Source: Lytechinus pictus
Lineage: Eukaryota
Direction: 5' to 3'
DNA: 64,000 bases
Assembly: GCF_037042905.1 (NCBI RefSeq)
Contig: NC_087252.1
Location: 16,742,001-16,806,000, forward strand
Each line of letters begins with the position of its first letter. Positions within the stretch are counted from its first letter, which is position 1. A program made the position numbers and the translations under genes. Shown here piece by piece: positions 63,284 to 64,000 of the stretch. The notes under the pieces were generated by a model. That model worked only from the letters and a program-made list of their open reading frames with translations, was not told the DNA's origin and ran no database searches.

Positions 63284-64000
63284 TTAAATGGGTTAATTAT
63301 GGACATTTTTCAGATCCCCTCTCCTAACAAATTCTTATTTGTCGGACTTCTGATTTTATTTTTTTTTCGGAGGGGGTGGGGTACATTTGGTATGAGGTTC
63401 ACCAAAGCTTTGCAAATGATATCGAAATTATAACTAGAAAACAGATTGTCACAATTTATAAAAAAAATAACAATATATTTTTGGGGGCGGGTGGGGGGGT
63501 ATTTCTTATTTTTTTCTACAATCTGGTCGAGCTACATTACATGAGGTTCGCCAACTTTCTACACAAAGTCATTCAATTTTTTTTTAATGAAAAGACATAT
63601 TTTTGAAGAAAAAAAAAATTATTATAGTTTTAATTGTTTTTTTTTAAGTTTTTTTTTTCTTAAGTAGTGTTTTTTTTAAAATAAACTTTAACTCTGAAAA
63701 TTTGTTAACTAATTGGCCTTGTTTTCTTTCGTTGTGTTAAACATGTTAAAGGCACGGGATCTACAGAGCAACTGTATTGGTGCAGTGAGGACAAGACATC
63801 TCAGAACCAACATACAGCTGACAGCAGCCCTTCAAGAAGTACTTTAAGACTCTGATATGGGATTCACCATTACCACAGCTTCAGGTAGCTTTCCATGCTT
63901 TATCCATATTCTTTATGGAAATAGTGTGCCAGTTTTGACTTTATCATGTCAGTTGTAACCGATTTCTCCACGAATTTGTTCAATTGCCGTTTTATAAGAT

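Overview
AT-rich, repeat-dense eukaryotic DNA. The repeat families resemble those of marine invertebrates such as sea urchins, which is inference only. No host protein-coding gene can be supported. Main structure: (1) a ~19.6-kb tandem segmental duplication (position 1 aligns to 19597; junction ~18487) plus an older, more diverged third copy at ~54.6-58.7 kb; (2) two apparently full-length minus-strand CR1-group LINEs, one with intact ORF1 and ORF2 (4923-10184) and one with a single ORF2 frameshift (39407-44479); (3) a ~1.0-1.3-kb satellite with an (ACT)n tract, 4 monomers in one array and 14 in the other, forming a ~3.5-kb three-monomer higher-order repeat marked by embedded MITEs; (4) many non-autonomous DNA transposons (foldback, Academ-like, piggyBac-like, CACTA-like, hAT-like, Tc1/mariner-like, Kolobok-like), several nested and several confirmed by empty sites in the paralogous copy; (5) a Penelope-type minimal hammerhead ribozyme with a SINE fragment inserted beside it; (6) a CpG-rich promoter-like segment near 61.6-61.9 kb. 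The most intriguing idea is speculative: the satellite may be an amplified exon-intron unit behind a CRE+TATA leader, and each monomer carries a hairpin with a compensatory substitution. All alignments were done by eye.
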